A DNA stretch of 63,375 nt, counting the filler, from Hyphochytrium catenoides (Eukaryota > Protista > Hyphochytriomycota), in assembly GCA_900088475.1 (NCBI GenBank). It is 8 parts of 8 records of this genome, joined end to end, with 100 filler letters (N's around TTAATTAATTAA, not from the genome) between each part and the next. Parts side by side here need not be neighbours in the genome. Positions count along the whole stretch, not along the records: positions 10,925 to 28,300 come from FLMG01000841.1; 7 more parts are not named here. One strand, given 5' to 3'. Positions within the stretch are counted from its first letter, which is position 1. Every line of letters starts with the position of its first letter. Below, one piece after another: positions 11,591-24,752 of this stretch. The position numbers were made by a program, and so were the translations under genes. The notes beneath the pieces were generated by a model that saw only the letters and a list, made by a program, of their open reading frames with translations, was not told where the DNA came from and ran no database searches.

Positions 11591-11751
11591 CTGATGGTGA
11601 TGATAGATTCAGTGGGTCGTGATATGCGCTCCGTGATACAGCCAGTACGCTGATTTGTGCGTGATGTTTGCCTTGGCTTGGCTAACATAGATTTTGTAGA
11701 GAATGCAAAGCTGAACTAATTAAGGGATCAAGTAGAAGGCTTTTTGGTTGC

Positions 11752-12186
11752 TTAAGCACTCTGTAATGTGGCTCTGTACATTCGGCTATCTTCCCTTCGC
11801 GCTTACGAAAAAGGCTTTGACAACAGTCACGTAGTAGCTGCTTTGCCTTCGGCTAGATGCGGTGCCACAAAAAGAAGATGAAGCTGCTGACAGAAGATTA
11901 GTGTTTAGCGTTATGGTGAGCCAACTTTTCGCTACCCATGCATACATCACTAGCCGGACATCCTGCGCCGCAGCATTTCACTTTTAAGCACTCTGGAATA
12001 ATGTGCCTATGTACCTTCGGCTATCTTTCCTTCGTGCTTACGCAAAAGCTTTGACAGCAGGCACGTAGCTGCTTTGCCTTCGGCTAGCCGTGGTGCCATA
12101 ACAACAAGATGAAGCGGACAGAAGGTTAAGTGCTAGAGTTATGGTGAGCAATCTCTTCTCTACCTATGCATACATCACTAACCGGC
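11752..12186 (+). repeat. Diverged tandem duplication of ~200-230-bp units
   Basis: taagcactctg…ttcggctatct…gctgctttgccttcggctag…atgcatacatcacta occurs at ~11752-11960 and ~11984-12186. Confidence 0.85.
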
Positions 12187-14347
12187 AATCCGACCGTGAC
12201 CGCCGGCGTCCCTATAGTATGGATGTTGTGGACAGAGGAAGCAAAGGCTGCGGTAGTAGGAGATGTAGACCTCGATCTTGCTGTTGCGGGGAGAGCCAAA
12301 TATGGTGATCGTCTCTAAGAAATCTCGTTCAAGTTCAGCAACTTTTAATCATGGATTTTCTGCCTGGCAAGGAAGGATCTCAAAAGGAGTGGTAAGCCCT
12401 TCTTGCCACAGCTGTATAAGTGAAATGCGCAATAATCAGTGGGAACCGCGTTGCAACTCTTGAGCAACCGCTGGCAGAGTACCAATCACACATTTAGACA
12501 CGGTGGTCATACACAAATCTGACTTATACTGATTAGGCAAGATCAGGTCATTATAGTCAATTTCTGCTCCCTGTGTGCCCGTTGTTAAGCGTCCAGCTCT
12601 GACAAAAAGCTTGTTCCTTGTAGGCAAGTGAATAAGCTCAAACTTAGTCGTGCGCACCTCCCATGCAAAGAGAAGAGTTGCAATGACCAACAGACGGACA
12701 GTCCACTCTGTATTGAGGTCTTGAGCGTTCTACTAACTGCTTGAAGCTGTATATCTGTTAGTCATTCAATCCTTGTTTGTTTGATGCAAGGAGCTTGCCT
12801 CCTATTGTTAGTAGGTTTCTGTCTGTTTTCCAGTATCGAAGAATAGTAGCCCAGATGTCTGTTTAGTTTATGTTTAGTTAGTGTCGGATACAAACTATCT
12901 GAACGATGGCGCGTCGTAAACTTGGCCTCACACCTCATCTCGCCGCGCGCGCGAACTAGTAACAAAATGTCAGCCAATTCTCTTACAGACTGTTAGCGTG
13001 ACTCATGAGAAACCTCCTCATCCGTGAGTGGAGTAGATAAAAGCCCCTACGTAACTCTCGAGTGACCGGAAATCCATAGTTTAACCTGGTATCGCGGTCC
13101 TAGTGATTTTGCCAAGTAGAGTGGTGACTATGCAACTTCCTAGTAATAAGCCTGCCACATCCCAACCAGCCATCTGAGCCCCGAATGAAGAACGGATGAG
13201 GACTAGCTGTTGAGAACCCTCTTGTTCTGGGGTCTCTATAGCAAGGAATATTCTTGTTCTTGAGCCCTTGTCCTACTTTCTTTCTTATAATTTCTCTAGA
13301 AATTTGTTCTCGCTTCTTGAACATTTTTCTCTTTCCGACTTTACTTCTTCCCTTCCTTCTGGCCACCAGTTTATTGCCGATTCTCCTGTCTGAGACGATG
13401 GATCCCCTGGTGACCATTCAATCATTTCCAACACTCTCTACTCTCTCCCGTTGCTAAAAGTGCTCCTCTCTGCTTTCTCTCTTGCATGTCATTCTCATAG
13501 CTTTGCATAATACTTAGGCTTTATAGGACTTAAGGATCATTAGTTCATTGAGCTCTTCTCGAGCTCATAATCTTCATTAATCTTATTCTGCTATTTGCAC
13601 CACAACGAAGAAGAGCTTCCAACCAACTCTGCCATCTCATCACTAGCCAGGTATATGGGGATGCAGTCTTATGCTCGGTTGACAGTACTCTCATGACGGG
13701 TAGTCCTCACCAGAGGATTCAATGAGTCGCCCTCAAGGAAGATAATACTTCTCCTCCTCTCTCCTCATTTTTCTCTTTCGCTATAATTGTCCTAAGGATA
13801 GCTTTCCTAACCAATCCTGCATGATTCTATTTCTATCTCTACATTTGCCGGTAGACTGACTGTCTCGCTAGGGATACCCTTCCCTTAACATGGATGATAT
13901 ATTTACATATGATTCATAGAGTTCTCTTGAGGGTATACGGTTAATGATGCGCGCTCTTATGCGAAGTCTTCCGCTGCGTGGTGAGTTGTCTGAACGGAGG
14001 TCTAACCAGCGAGATGGATAGAAAGCGCCTCACCGTCTCACTTCTTCACTCGCTCACTCTTCTCACATCACATAGAGCCAAAGGATTCGCAGACCGACAG
14101 CAAAGTGCCGCAATGTGAGTACTGAATAGCCAAAGGACGTGAGCACTCGATTCGCTGGGAAGGAGATGGCTCACCCTACGACATAACCCCAAGTCCGAGT
14201 ACTACCTTCAGATCCAAGTAGGTGGAGAGTGGTCGTATGTGCCAGTAGTACGGCCCTACCAGCACACTCTCTTCTACTGCAACTACTTTATAAGTACAAC
14301 AAGTATCATCACAACTCAAGGCATAATTATAGAGGTGTCGCCCCACT

Positions 14348-15006
14348 AACGACACATACAGCGGTGTACGAAACTGTAAAACGGTTGTACTGGCCTCCCC
14401 GTCTGTCTCTCTCTGCGCTCCCTTCCTCTCTCTCTTGTGTGCCGCTTACAACTGCAGCATCCCCATCACCAGTCGGTGCTTTAAGCAATATCGCACTCTG
14501 CTTTCCTCAAGCCGCATTCTCTACCCATTAAAGACCCACTAGTAGTAGAGAGATAGCTCCCGTCGCTGCACAGAGGATATATCTATGGTCTTCTGGGATG
14601 CTCTCTGGGCCCAAGGGTTCTTCCACCTACACATCCCAACGCTCTTCTTTACACAGCTGTACACGCCACCATACCACGACCACACCATCAGCTCCCGGTG
14701 ACCCTTCGCTCTTGCAGCTCGCTAAACAAACCTATGGCAAACTGTCCCCAATGGACAAGGGCATGCAGGGTTTATAAGCCCTACCTGCCCTCGAACTCTC
14801 AACAAGTCACAGCAGTAGTGACGGCGGTAGAGTGTCCATTTGGTGCATGTCCGCGATCTTGGAGTGAGAGATCAAGACGCAGGAGGACCAAGACTTTCCG
14901 CTCTCTTTTTTTCCTCCTTTTTTGAGCTTTTTACTCCATCAATCTTCAAGTCAGCCTGCGCATTGTTGTCAGCAGGGTCCTATCTCTCTGCTCGAACCTT
15001 TCGAAG
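14348..15006 (+). repeat. ~660-bp direct repeat, copy 2
   Basis: Matches 10926-11590 with scattered substitutions and small indels. Confidence 0.9.
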
Positions 15007-16907
15007 AGGAGTATGAAGACCGTAGTCTACCTTGGTACGCACAGCTGCCTGTCATTGAACAATGGGCAACCAACCTGTCCCATTATTTCTTGCTCGCCTG
15101 CGCACCAAAAGCTTTTTTGGTATGATACTTGTGATGTTCGAATGCCGGAGCCGAAGTCAACGCTTTTCCCTAGAGCTGAGTAAAGTCTGACGAGCACAGC
15201 AGAGCCAATGGTATCAACTCCATCAGATAGTGGCAACATCATCTATGCGGTGACAGAAGCAACACTCATGACTACCTGCAGTAGGCTTACTTCATAGCCG
15301 CTTCAAGCAGCTAGACCTACCCTTATTCTTGACCCCAGCTTCTGAAGATCAGAATCTACGTCCATAGTGTTCTGAGATAAGTTCAAATGAAAAGTTCCAT
15401 GAGTCCTGAGATGAAGAGGACGGTCTACTACGACTTTGCTCTCGCGCTACCTCGTTAAAGCTCTTCTATATTAATTCCTTGCCCTTAGGTGCAGACCAGG
15501 AGCTACCATCATAAAAAATTCCCGCCACTGCAAGAGCTTTGTTTTTCTAGCCGTCTTCTCCTGGTTTTTTCAAGGGCCAGGTGTAGAAATGATGCCAGAT
15601 GCCAGATCCTCTAGTCACATCAGTCTTCTACAGGGACCCACCTCGAGATTGTGGCCATAGTAAGCGGATACGCTTCTTCTGACATCGAACGGAAGCTCCG
15701 CACCACCTCTCTACGCTTTTCCAGAAGGATCGTGGCTGCCGCTCATGACCAGAACGTCTTCACACGCCACTTCACAATGATATGATCAGAGAACACTGCT
15801 TATACTATGCCTCTGTTACCGACCAGAGCTCCTATTATTCCTAAGGGACTGAGTGTAAGGCAAGCAATCTCCAGAAGGAGAGGCGTGAGGAGCTGAAGAA
15901 GAGTAGGCTCAGCGTCTAAAATGCTTCGCGGAAAATGGAAGAGCTCTGACCGCTCCCTGTCAACCAGAAAGACAGCTTTACAGCACCCGATAAAACTTTT
16001 TAACGCCTCTGAGGCTTAATGGCAGCAAGTCCTGAACTTCACTCTGCATCGACTAACTACGCGTCAGCGACCTCCTTACGACCCCGGATCTTATCTATTG
16101 TTGTCTCTCCGGTCTAGCGCATCTCTAGAGCGAGGGCGCATTTGCTTTGAAATAGCACAATGCTAGCCAGCACAGGATGAAGCAATCTCATCATCATGAA
16201 GGCGCACGCGTGAGCAGGGTGCTAATTTGATATTGCTTGGTCTTTTTCATAAGTACGGTCGTCCTCCGTCCTGTCGAGTGTCCACCCAATCAAAACGATT
16301 GGAGAGAAGAAGAAGAGATTGCGGACAACATGTCGCAGCCATTTTATTGAACTCATCGTCCTTTAGTCTACTGAGAGAGCACTTCCTCTTCCTCGCTATC
16401 ACTTCCTTCAACCTTATAATCCTAGCAATGTGAGCTGTCTCCGGGACGGTGGTCCATCACGTAAGTATAGCGGAGAGCAAGGGAACGAACATGAGCAGGC
16501 ACTGGCGCCTCCTGAGTCAACTCTGATCTTTGCGCTTGAGTAAGCGACCAAGGTTCTAGTGCCTCCTAACCCGTCCATCATCCTTGGAGTCTGTCCCCTA
16601 GAGCGCCCTTCTTACACTGCTGTCCTAAGCGGTGCTTGGTGTCTGTCCGCTCTTCTTTGGAACATCAAGAGTCGAGTGGTTTTGGTGGGATGAGGAAGGT
16701 CAATATTGCAGGGAAAGCTTCAAGGTTCTGAAGCTTTGGGTCACATTGATTCTAGCTTAGGGAAATATATAGATTTCAGTTGATTTAGGCTGAAACCTTC
16801 GGGAGGTGAGGCGACGTGTAACGCCCTTTCTGTCTCTCTCTGGCTCTCGTTCCTCTGCTTCCTCCTTCCTTCCTCGAGCTGGTTTGGTTTTTCTGCGAGT
16901 CTTCTCT

Positions 16908-16944
<37 letters not shown>

Positions 16945-16966
16945 NNNNNNNNNNNNNNNNNNNNNN

Positions 16967-16997
<31 letters not shown>

Positions 16998-17364
16998 CTC
17001 TCGCTCTCTCGCTCTCTCGCTCTCCCTCTCTCTCCCTCTCGCTCTCATTCTCTCCCTCTTCTCTCTCTCTGAGTGTGTGTGTGTCTCTGGCTCTCATTTC
17101 TCTTGCTCTCTCGCTATCGCTCTCATTTTCTCTTCGGCTCTCTCTTCCTGTCTTCTTCTCTTGGCACCACCTACTTTCTCTTTCGACTCTTCTCTCTCTT
17201 TCTCCAGTCCACGGCCTTCAAGTCTTCAGCGCGTCTTCACCATCCGAAGCTCCATATCTTCAACTTCAACTCTGACAGCCGACTTACACTCTCTTCTCGC
17301 TCCACTGCGCTGACGACGGTGCCCAGCTGCTACCTACGCCCGCATTGGCCGCAACACCAGCGTC

Positions 17365-20300
17365 ATGGCGCACACCAGACAGCAGTTCTGGGCCACAGTT
17401 CTGCAGCAGAGCTCAGGCTTGGACTCTTTTGACAGAGAAAAGCTAACGCGGCTCAGCGGTGCTGGGACTGGGGCGAGAGCTCTGACAAATTGGGTCCCTC
17501 CAGGCTTCCTACGGCGCCACTGCACAATTTATCCTTTCATCAAAGAGTTTGATTATGGAGAAAGAACGAGGAAAATCAAACGTGACATCCATCGAACCTT
17601 CAGCATCTTTGAGCTCTCTCAGTCTTCAGGAACCGTCTCATCCAAACCGCAGGCAGATAAACAGGATTCTGGGCAGGGAGAGACAACCGCGCCGTCTTCA
17701 GCGGCCTCCAAGGGCCCTGATGAAGTCTCAGAGCAGCAGCGGCGACTGTTCTATGTGTTGAATGCTGTTGGTCATGCCGAGGACACTTATTGCCAGGGAA
17801 TGAACTTTGTTGCCGCTCTGCTGCTGGTGGACGGCCTCTCTGAAGCTGAGACCTACGCCACGTTCCTCTGGATCTTACAAGGTCAGTGAGTGGCTTTTGT
17901 TCCTGGGTTGCGAGTATAGCTACTGAACAGGAATGGTAGCTGCGAAGACCCGCTCTCTTCTTGCTGGTTTCCCTGATCTCCCTGCTGCTTCCCTACTTGT
18001 CACCAAAGTCTGCCTCTGTATTGAATTGCTCTTCCTTCCTTTCATCCGTCTTCCATTCCTCTGCTCACGCCATCATCTCTTCGATGGAACAGGCAAAAGC
18101 TTGTCCAAACTCTATAAGAACGAGGACAGCTTCCTAGCGGACTACACCGACCACTTCTCAAGAGCACTGCAGAAGGAGCTGCCTCGGGTGCACACTCATC
18201 TCACCAAGCTCGGCTTCCTCCCTGTCTTCTATACCGTCGAGTGGTTCACCACCTTATTCTCCAATTGTACGAGGGTTGACGTGGCAAAGGCTGTGCTCGA
18301 CCTTGTCCTCGCAGGAGTCAGGAATGCTCTCTTCCGTGTAGGCTTAGCAGCCTTGGCGCTGCTCAAGGAGGAGATACTCGCGCGGGACTTAGAGGCGCTG
18401 CTGAAGGACTTCAAGGTTGGAAGCAGTTGTCCCGGCAGAAGTGTCAATAAAGCTGTCTTGGGTTCGCTTAGGATCTCCTGCCTCCCGCCCCTCTCCCCGA
18501 TTTCTATAGCCTCCATCGCTCGCAGACACATCTTTTCGGACTTCCTAACAAAGTTTAGGGCTGTCTTGCTTGCTCCCCCTCACTTATCGCCCCTTCTGCC
18601 TCGGTTGAGCGGTTCTCCCCGATCTCTACACTCTAGTTCTCCCTCATCTCTGGCGAATTGCTCTTCTCTCAAACCTCTGTACTCACCCATTCCCTGTTGC
18701 TCTCTCCGTTCCATGGGCTCGCAGGGTCTGGTCAAAGAGCTGAAGCCGGAGCCACTCCTTCTTCAAGCGATGAACCTAAAGATTAGCCTCAGTACTCTGG
18801 GTCCTGAGGCACCAGATACCAGTCCTAGTGGAGGGGTAGACGTCCTTCGCTTCCTAGCTGACAAGCACTGGCAGGTTCTTCTCAAGCGCAGGCAACCAGA
18901 CGCCACAGCGCCTCACCGATCTCTGGATCCTGACACTGTGAGGCTAGTGGAGCTGGGAGATCTTCAAGCTATCCAGCAGCTGTGGAGAAGGAGACACGAG
19001 CGAAGGAATAAGCGACTGAGCCTCTTAAGTGCGCTGGATGGTACTGCCAACGACTTTGCAGGAGATAAGGAAGAAGTCCGACGAGCAACGAGCCTTCCAG
19101 AGCTATCAACGCAGGAGGGAACGCAAAAGGAGGAAGAGGATATAGAAAGGGGTACGGTGTCCTTTTCAAAGTCCAAATCTGTGCCTGGGTCGCTTGCAGC
19201 GCACAGCAGGGTCTCCAGAGTGACCTGTGAGGAGGACCAGACGCTGGCCGATGAGCTTCTACACTTTGCGCTGTACTTCTCCCAGCTGAAGGTGGCGGAG
19301 TGGGCAGTGGACATGGCCGGGGCGAACCCTAACAACTATGACGAGAACATGATGACGCCGCTGCACTTCGCCGCCACATGGAATAGACCGAATCTCTGTC
19401 GGTTCCTCCTCTCTGCAGGGGCAGATCCTACGCTTTTGGGGGTCAGTATCTTCTTGCTGCTTCACTGCTGGGTTTACTTTTACTTCCTTCTTGCTTTGCG
19501 TCTCTCCTCCGCTCTCTTCTTTACCTCTTACTTGCCATTAGCGTAGGACTTTGTTTCTCTCTATCGTGTCCAGAGTCTTCTCCTCCTTCACAGTCTTCTC
19601 TTCGTGGACATGGAGCTGAAATATTGTCGCCTCTGGCAGTGCAAGTGGCTTGGGTCAAGCGGGCCAAAGACTCCGTTGGCTCTGGCCGAGAGCTGGACCT
19701 ATAATGATACGTCTGCAGTACAGCGAGTGCTGAGGGGTAGCGTATGTGTCGAATGCAATGGAGTGTCTGAGGGACTGGGCAAGAGGAAAGGAAAGTGCTC
19801 GTTGTGTGGGCTGACGGTGTGCCATCAGCCCCGAAACTGCGTGACAAGGCACCGATGTCCAGGTAAAGGTTCTACGACGAGGATCTTTGTCATGGCCCGT
19901 TGCCTGAGCCCTGTTGGCGTGTCTTTTTTAGCTCGGGCCGGCGCTAGGATCAAGCCCTTGGTTGGCGTTGGGCATGAGACACAAGCACCTGAGTCTCTAG
20001 ATAAAATCGCGGGACAGGAGGTGGCAGGACGAGAGACTGCAGCCAAGCTGGTGGAGGTAAGAGGAACGGCCGTCGTGATTAGCAGCGAGGGTGACAGAGT
20101 GAGGGTTAGAGGAGACAGAGAGAGAGCAAGATGGTGACAGACAGATATGCCGTCTGCGTAATCTGACACAAAGTGTCGGGTGTCTTCTCTCTCATCAGGT
20201 TGAGCCGTCAAGCTGTGAAGAGAGACCTCCAACTCCTGCCCATGGAGAAGGGTTCACGCTAGCCTCTCCTCTCTGTCGGCGTCAGGCTGGTGTGAGTGAT

Positions 20301-21048
20301 GAGGCCGTCTACGACTGGCTCTACCGCCTCTACATTTCTCACAACCCGCAGACCGAGGTAGACGATGTTCCTCCTCTATTGGAGCGAGAAGGAGGGCAAC
20401 AGGAGGTGGAGTCCTGGTTCTGCAGGTGAGTTAAAGCGAAGGCCAGCGGAGAATAGAAGAGAGGGTCAGCTCACAAGCCTAACCTTCTCCTGCAGTGATA
20501 CGAGTTGTCACGCGCCGTTTGGTCTTTTCAAGCGGAAAATATACTGGTAGGAACAAATGCCAACAACTAATGCCTCTCAATGCGTCTTTCTCTCTCTATC
20601 ACTCTCTCTACCTATCTATTATCTATCTATCTTTTTCCCTCTTTCTGTCCTTCTATCGTTGCCTCCCTCTCTCCATGCGTATCTTTATCACTTCTTCGGG
20701 TGTGGATTTGCCCCTGTTAGCTACTCTAGCTCAGCATCTCTCTTTCCTCCACAAACCCCTCGAAGTTCTTTGTCCTCGTCGTGTGTGTCCCAGTCATCGC
20801 TTGTGTCTCCATCCATACTCTGTCTCGGTCATCCCTCCTGTCACTCCTTTCACGGCCTTTTTCTAAATTGACAAAGGCTTCCGTTCTTTCCTCTGCCTCT
20901 GCCCGCCATATTCTCTCTGGCAGCGCTAGGTAAGCTATTCAGCTCCTCCTCATCCTCTATCTGTTCCTCTCTTCGTTTCTCTCTCTCTCTCTCTCTCTCT
21001 CTGTCTGTCTCTCTCTCTCTGTCTCTCTCTCTCTCNNNCTCTCTCCCT

Positions 21049-21087
<39 letters not shown>

Positions 21088-21393
21088 TGTTTGGAAGCAG
21101 CTACCTCTCTCATGGAATGTCTAGATTTCCCTAGTTAGCCTTACTTTAGACTCCTTTCTCGTTCTAGTGTGTCTCATTTCCTCCCTCCTCTCAGCTGTTG
21201 GGGCGTCTTCTGTGACGCTCATGCGCCTCTGTCAAGCCGTCGAGTGAAGGACAAGCAGCTCCTCCTCCGCACCTGCAACCACTGCCAGACGCTCCTCAAG
21301 CCAGCTATTGAGCGCCTGCTGACGAGTGGAAGGGAAGAGAATGGCTGGGTTCTAGTCTCTCCCAGGAGTGCACAAGCGCTCTCTCCTCGATGA
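17365..21393 (+). CDS. TBC-domain Rab GAP with ankyrin repeats and two C-terminal FYVE/AN1-like zinc fingers, multi-exon (start may lie upstream)
   Basis: TBC motifs RQQFW, IKRDIHRTF (Arg finger), YCQGMNFVAALLL (Gln finger) and EWFTTLFS. Ankyrin GANPN…TPLHFAA…AGADP. Cys arrays CVEC…CSLCG..VC and CSDTSC…KRKIYCASCWGVFCDAH…RTCNHC. Confidence 0.85.
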
Positions 21394-21954
21394 GACAAGG
21401 ATTCCCAACCCGGAAGCTGTCTCTTTCCCGTGCAACATGTTCTCTAAATGCTCAATTGAAGCCCCAAAGCCTTTGAATTATCGGGAAGCAGGAAGAAAAG
21501 GGGAACTATGAGGCAAAACAGCACTAAGATGAAGAGAGCCGAACGCTGCTTGGGAGCGGATTGCTATAAATGGAGACAGCGCAGCTTGCCTTTATGGGGC
21601 CAAAGGAAGAGACAACCTAGACGCAATTGCCTATGAAGGGTACGGAGCATGAGGGATGTGGCTCAATGCCTTGGGGATGAGGTACAGTAACAGACACAGA
21701 GAGAAAGACTGCGCGAGAGAGAGAGAGAAAAAACAAAGGAGAGAGAGAGAGAGAGAGAACGAGAGAGAGCTGGCGAATTGAAGGCTACTAGAGCTGAGAA
21801 GAGTCGAAAGAAGCAGGAGCGAATGGACAGAAGAAGACACGGAGATCTGTGAACTGTAGGAACTCGTCTTTAGAACAGAAGAGAAGTATCTGTTGAGACA
21901 AGGCAGACGGGCACGCGAAGGAACCACAGCTCTAGGTTAATAAGCCTATGTGTA

Positions 21955-23903
21955 CTACTCTCGTAGGGGCTTTAACCCTAACTTAGCCCGAAGAGCATTC
22001 CAGGCCTCGACGCTGTCAGGAGCAGGCTGCGCATCCTCGCTCTTCTCCTCTTCTGCTTTTTCTTTGAAAAGCCCCTTGTACTTCTTTTCCTTGGTCTTCT
22101 TCTTCTTCTTCTCTTCTTTGTCAGAGCCTCTTCCGTCGGTGGCTTCCTCTTCTCCTGCCTTGCGTGCGTCCTCTTCGCGTGGACTGGAGGGGCGCTCTCT
22201 GTCACCACTGAGGCTTCTGCTATGGCTGCGACTCTTCTCTCTGCTGCTCTCTCTCCTTCTTTCCCGGCTCCTTTCTCGGCTTCTATCACGACCTCTGTCT
22301 CGGCTTTTGTCTCGGCTTCTCCTGCTTCTACTACGGTCCCGTCTGCGTCTCTCATCTCTTCCTCTGCTGCGACTTCTATGACGTCGCCCTCGACTGCGAC
22401 TGCGGCTCCGGTATCGGCTGTATCGGTCCCTGCTGTCCCTGCGGCTTCCTCTGCGTCTGTCTCTTCTGGGACTACGGCTATGGCTTGAGATGCTGCGACT
22501 TCGCCGGCGCCTGGCACGCCTTCTGTCATTTTCTCTCTCGCCCTCTCTTTCTCGTCTGTCCCCTTCTCTTTCTCTTCGGCGTTCTCTCTCCCTATCTCGG
22601 CTGGTGCTCCTTCGTTTGTGAGAACGATCCCTAGACATGGAGCGAGAGGAATGGCGTCTTCTGTCTCTGTCTCCTCCACGCCTCTCAGGGCTTGAGCGAT
22701 CTCGAACTCTTCTCTCATGGCTCTGCGAGGCTTTCCTGCCTTCATCTTTATGACCTTGGCTCCTCCTGTTCGCTTGATTCTCCTTCTCTCCTTCTCCTCT
22801 GTCTTCTTCCTTCCAATTCCCACTGTCAGCAGCGCGTCTCTCTACCGGGGTCTTCTTCTCCTGCTCAGCCTCTGACTCTGAGTCGCTAACCTCGTCTTCC
22901 AGCGCACTCCTCCGAGGCTGCAGGGCACCGAGCTCCTCCAGCACCTCGCGCTTCTGCATACGAGGTAGGGCTACATCGCAGAAATATTCGCCACGGAGAA
23001 GCTCATCCGCTACCTCATCCACGTGTTTCAGTTCCCAACCTATAGCGAGGCAGCGCGCGCGTTGATGGACGGAAAGTGAGCCTTCTACTCATAGAATAGC
23101 AGGACTTACTGAGGTCCAAGACAAAAGCATTGAGATCATCCAAAGTGCAGGAAAAAGAGAAAGATGGACAGAGAGAGAGAGAGAGACAGACAGAGTGAGA
23201 AAGAAAGAAAGAAGAAGGTGTACGTTTTCAGCCTAGCAGGAAGCGGGGAGGGTGCAGGCAGGAGAGGGAGCAACAGAGCCTCATCTTCTAATAAGAGAGG
23301 AGAGTGCAGTGAGGACCTGAGGTCGTGCGCTGTCTGACTTTCCGATAGTCATTGTACAGCGGCTCAATGTATTCGTAGATATCCTGCGCTTTGCCCACCA
23401 GACGGAGGTAGAAGGCACCCAACGTCCGAACATATCTGCACAAACCACAGGCGAGAGGGCGTGAGAGTGAGACCAGCATAGCCCAGAGAAGAAACGCGGA
23501 GAAGAGACAGAGAGAGAGAAGGAATCGACAAGGAATCTACAGGGGCAGCTAGGACCCGGGAGTCAGACAGAGAAGAAGAAGCTGCGAAAGAGAGACTGGG
23601 CGAGACAACTCACTTGAAATCTTCGTTCTTGATTAATTCAAAGACAATATCCATGTCTGGCTGGATCTGCAGCATCTTCAGCACGAGACAGATGAATGGC
23701 GTCGGCTTCTGGTTGCCACCGTACATGCCGCCATAATAATCGAGAGCCATCGCCTTGTCCACCAACGTCTCTGCGGTCAGCCCAAAACACTGTTCCTTCC
23801 AATATATCGACTCGTAGATGCGCAGCCGCATAATCTTCTCCACCAGGTACTGCGGATTGGTACCGTGGACGCTCTGCGCCATGACAATCGTCCGGTTCGC
23901 CAT
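21955..23903 (-). CDS. PRPF38A: Pre-mRNA splicing factor PRP38A with RS/RE-rich tail; exons ~23903-23614, 23435-23318, 23039-21955
   Basis: MANRT…VHGTNPQYLVEKI…YWKEQCFGLTAETLVDKA…KPTPFICLVLKMLQIQP; YVRTLGAFYLRL; end WNALRAKLGLKPLR. Confidence 0.96.
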
Positions 23904-24257
23904 GGCTCCTGAGGGCCGTCCGCCAACGCTCGCTTCAGGTCCTTAACTCCTCCTCTAGTGCTGCCTCAGGCGGAAAGATACCGCGCAGGACAGAGCAAGA
24001 AATCTGTGCTGCTCTTGGGCAATGCTCTGCTGCAGCTCTGATGGCTATCTAGAGCTGTTCGCGGAGGGTAGGGCGCCCAGTGCACTGAGGCTGGGGGCTG
24101 GTGGAGGGCGAAGAGTGACCGAGGAGCCTGTGTCGGCCGCCTTGAAGCCCTTGCTGGCCGTCCTTCCTTGGTCCTCTGATGAGCCCGTTTGGACTGCTGT
24201 TTGAGAGTTCTCTTCTCCTCTCCCCAGCGCTTCCTCCCTTCCCTTCTACGCGTCTGA

Positions 24258-24332
24258 CCGGTAACGGTCGATCTAATGGTACCTGATTTAGACCGCTAAC
24301 GACTAGGTTGGAAGTAAAACACCCGCTAACGG
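24258..24332. promoter_or_regulatory. Cluster of CCGNTAACGG palindromic Myb-like motifs upstream of PRP38
   Basis: ccggtaacgg at 24258 and ccgctaacgg at 24323, with near-matches at ~24293 and ~24351. The same motif occurs at 863, 895, 29058, 37200 and 57649. Confidence 0.5.
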
Positions 24333-24752
24333 CCCAAACTTCGGCCATCATAACGGCCGCCGGCCGGCCGCGGGGCGTGCCTCTTCCTCTGCTGCCTCTG
24401 CTGCGTCGCCCTTCCCTCGTGGTTCGACTCCTCCGTCTCCCTCATGAATCCGCAGTGCTGGACCCCACAGAGTAAGGAGCGCTCACTCTGGTGGGAGGAA
24501 AGGACAAGGGCGGTCCTCAGCGTCGAGTCCTTTCTCTCCTGACGATGCAGACTAGCTTCACTCTAGAGACAGAGCGCCATGCAAGATGCAGGATGTAGAC
24601 AGACAGGGAGTTGTCAGGGAGCCCGATGCGAGCTTGATTAGGCTTTGCTGCTTATATGTACTTTCACTGGTTAGCAGCGGGGCTAGAGCGCTGTGTAGCT
24701 TGCTTACGAAGAGATGTAAAGCTCTCTATTGTACGGTTAATGTTATGAACAT

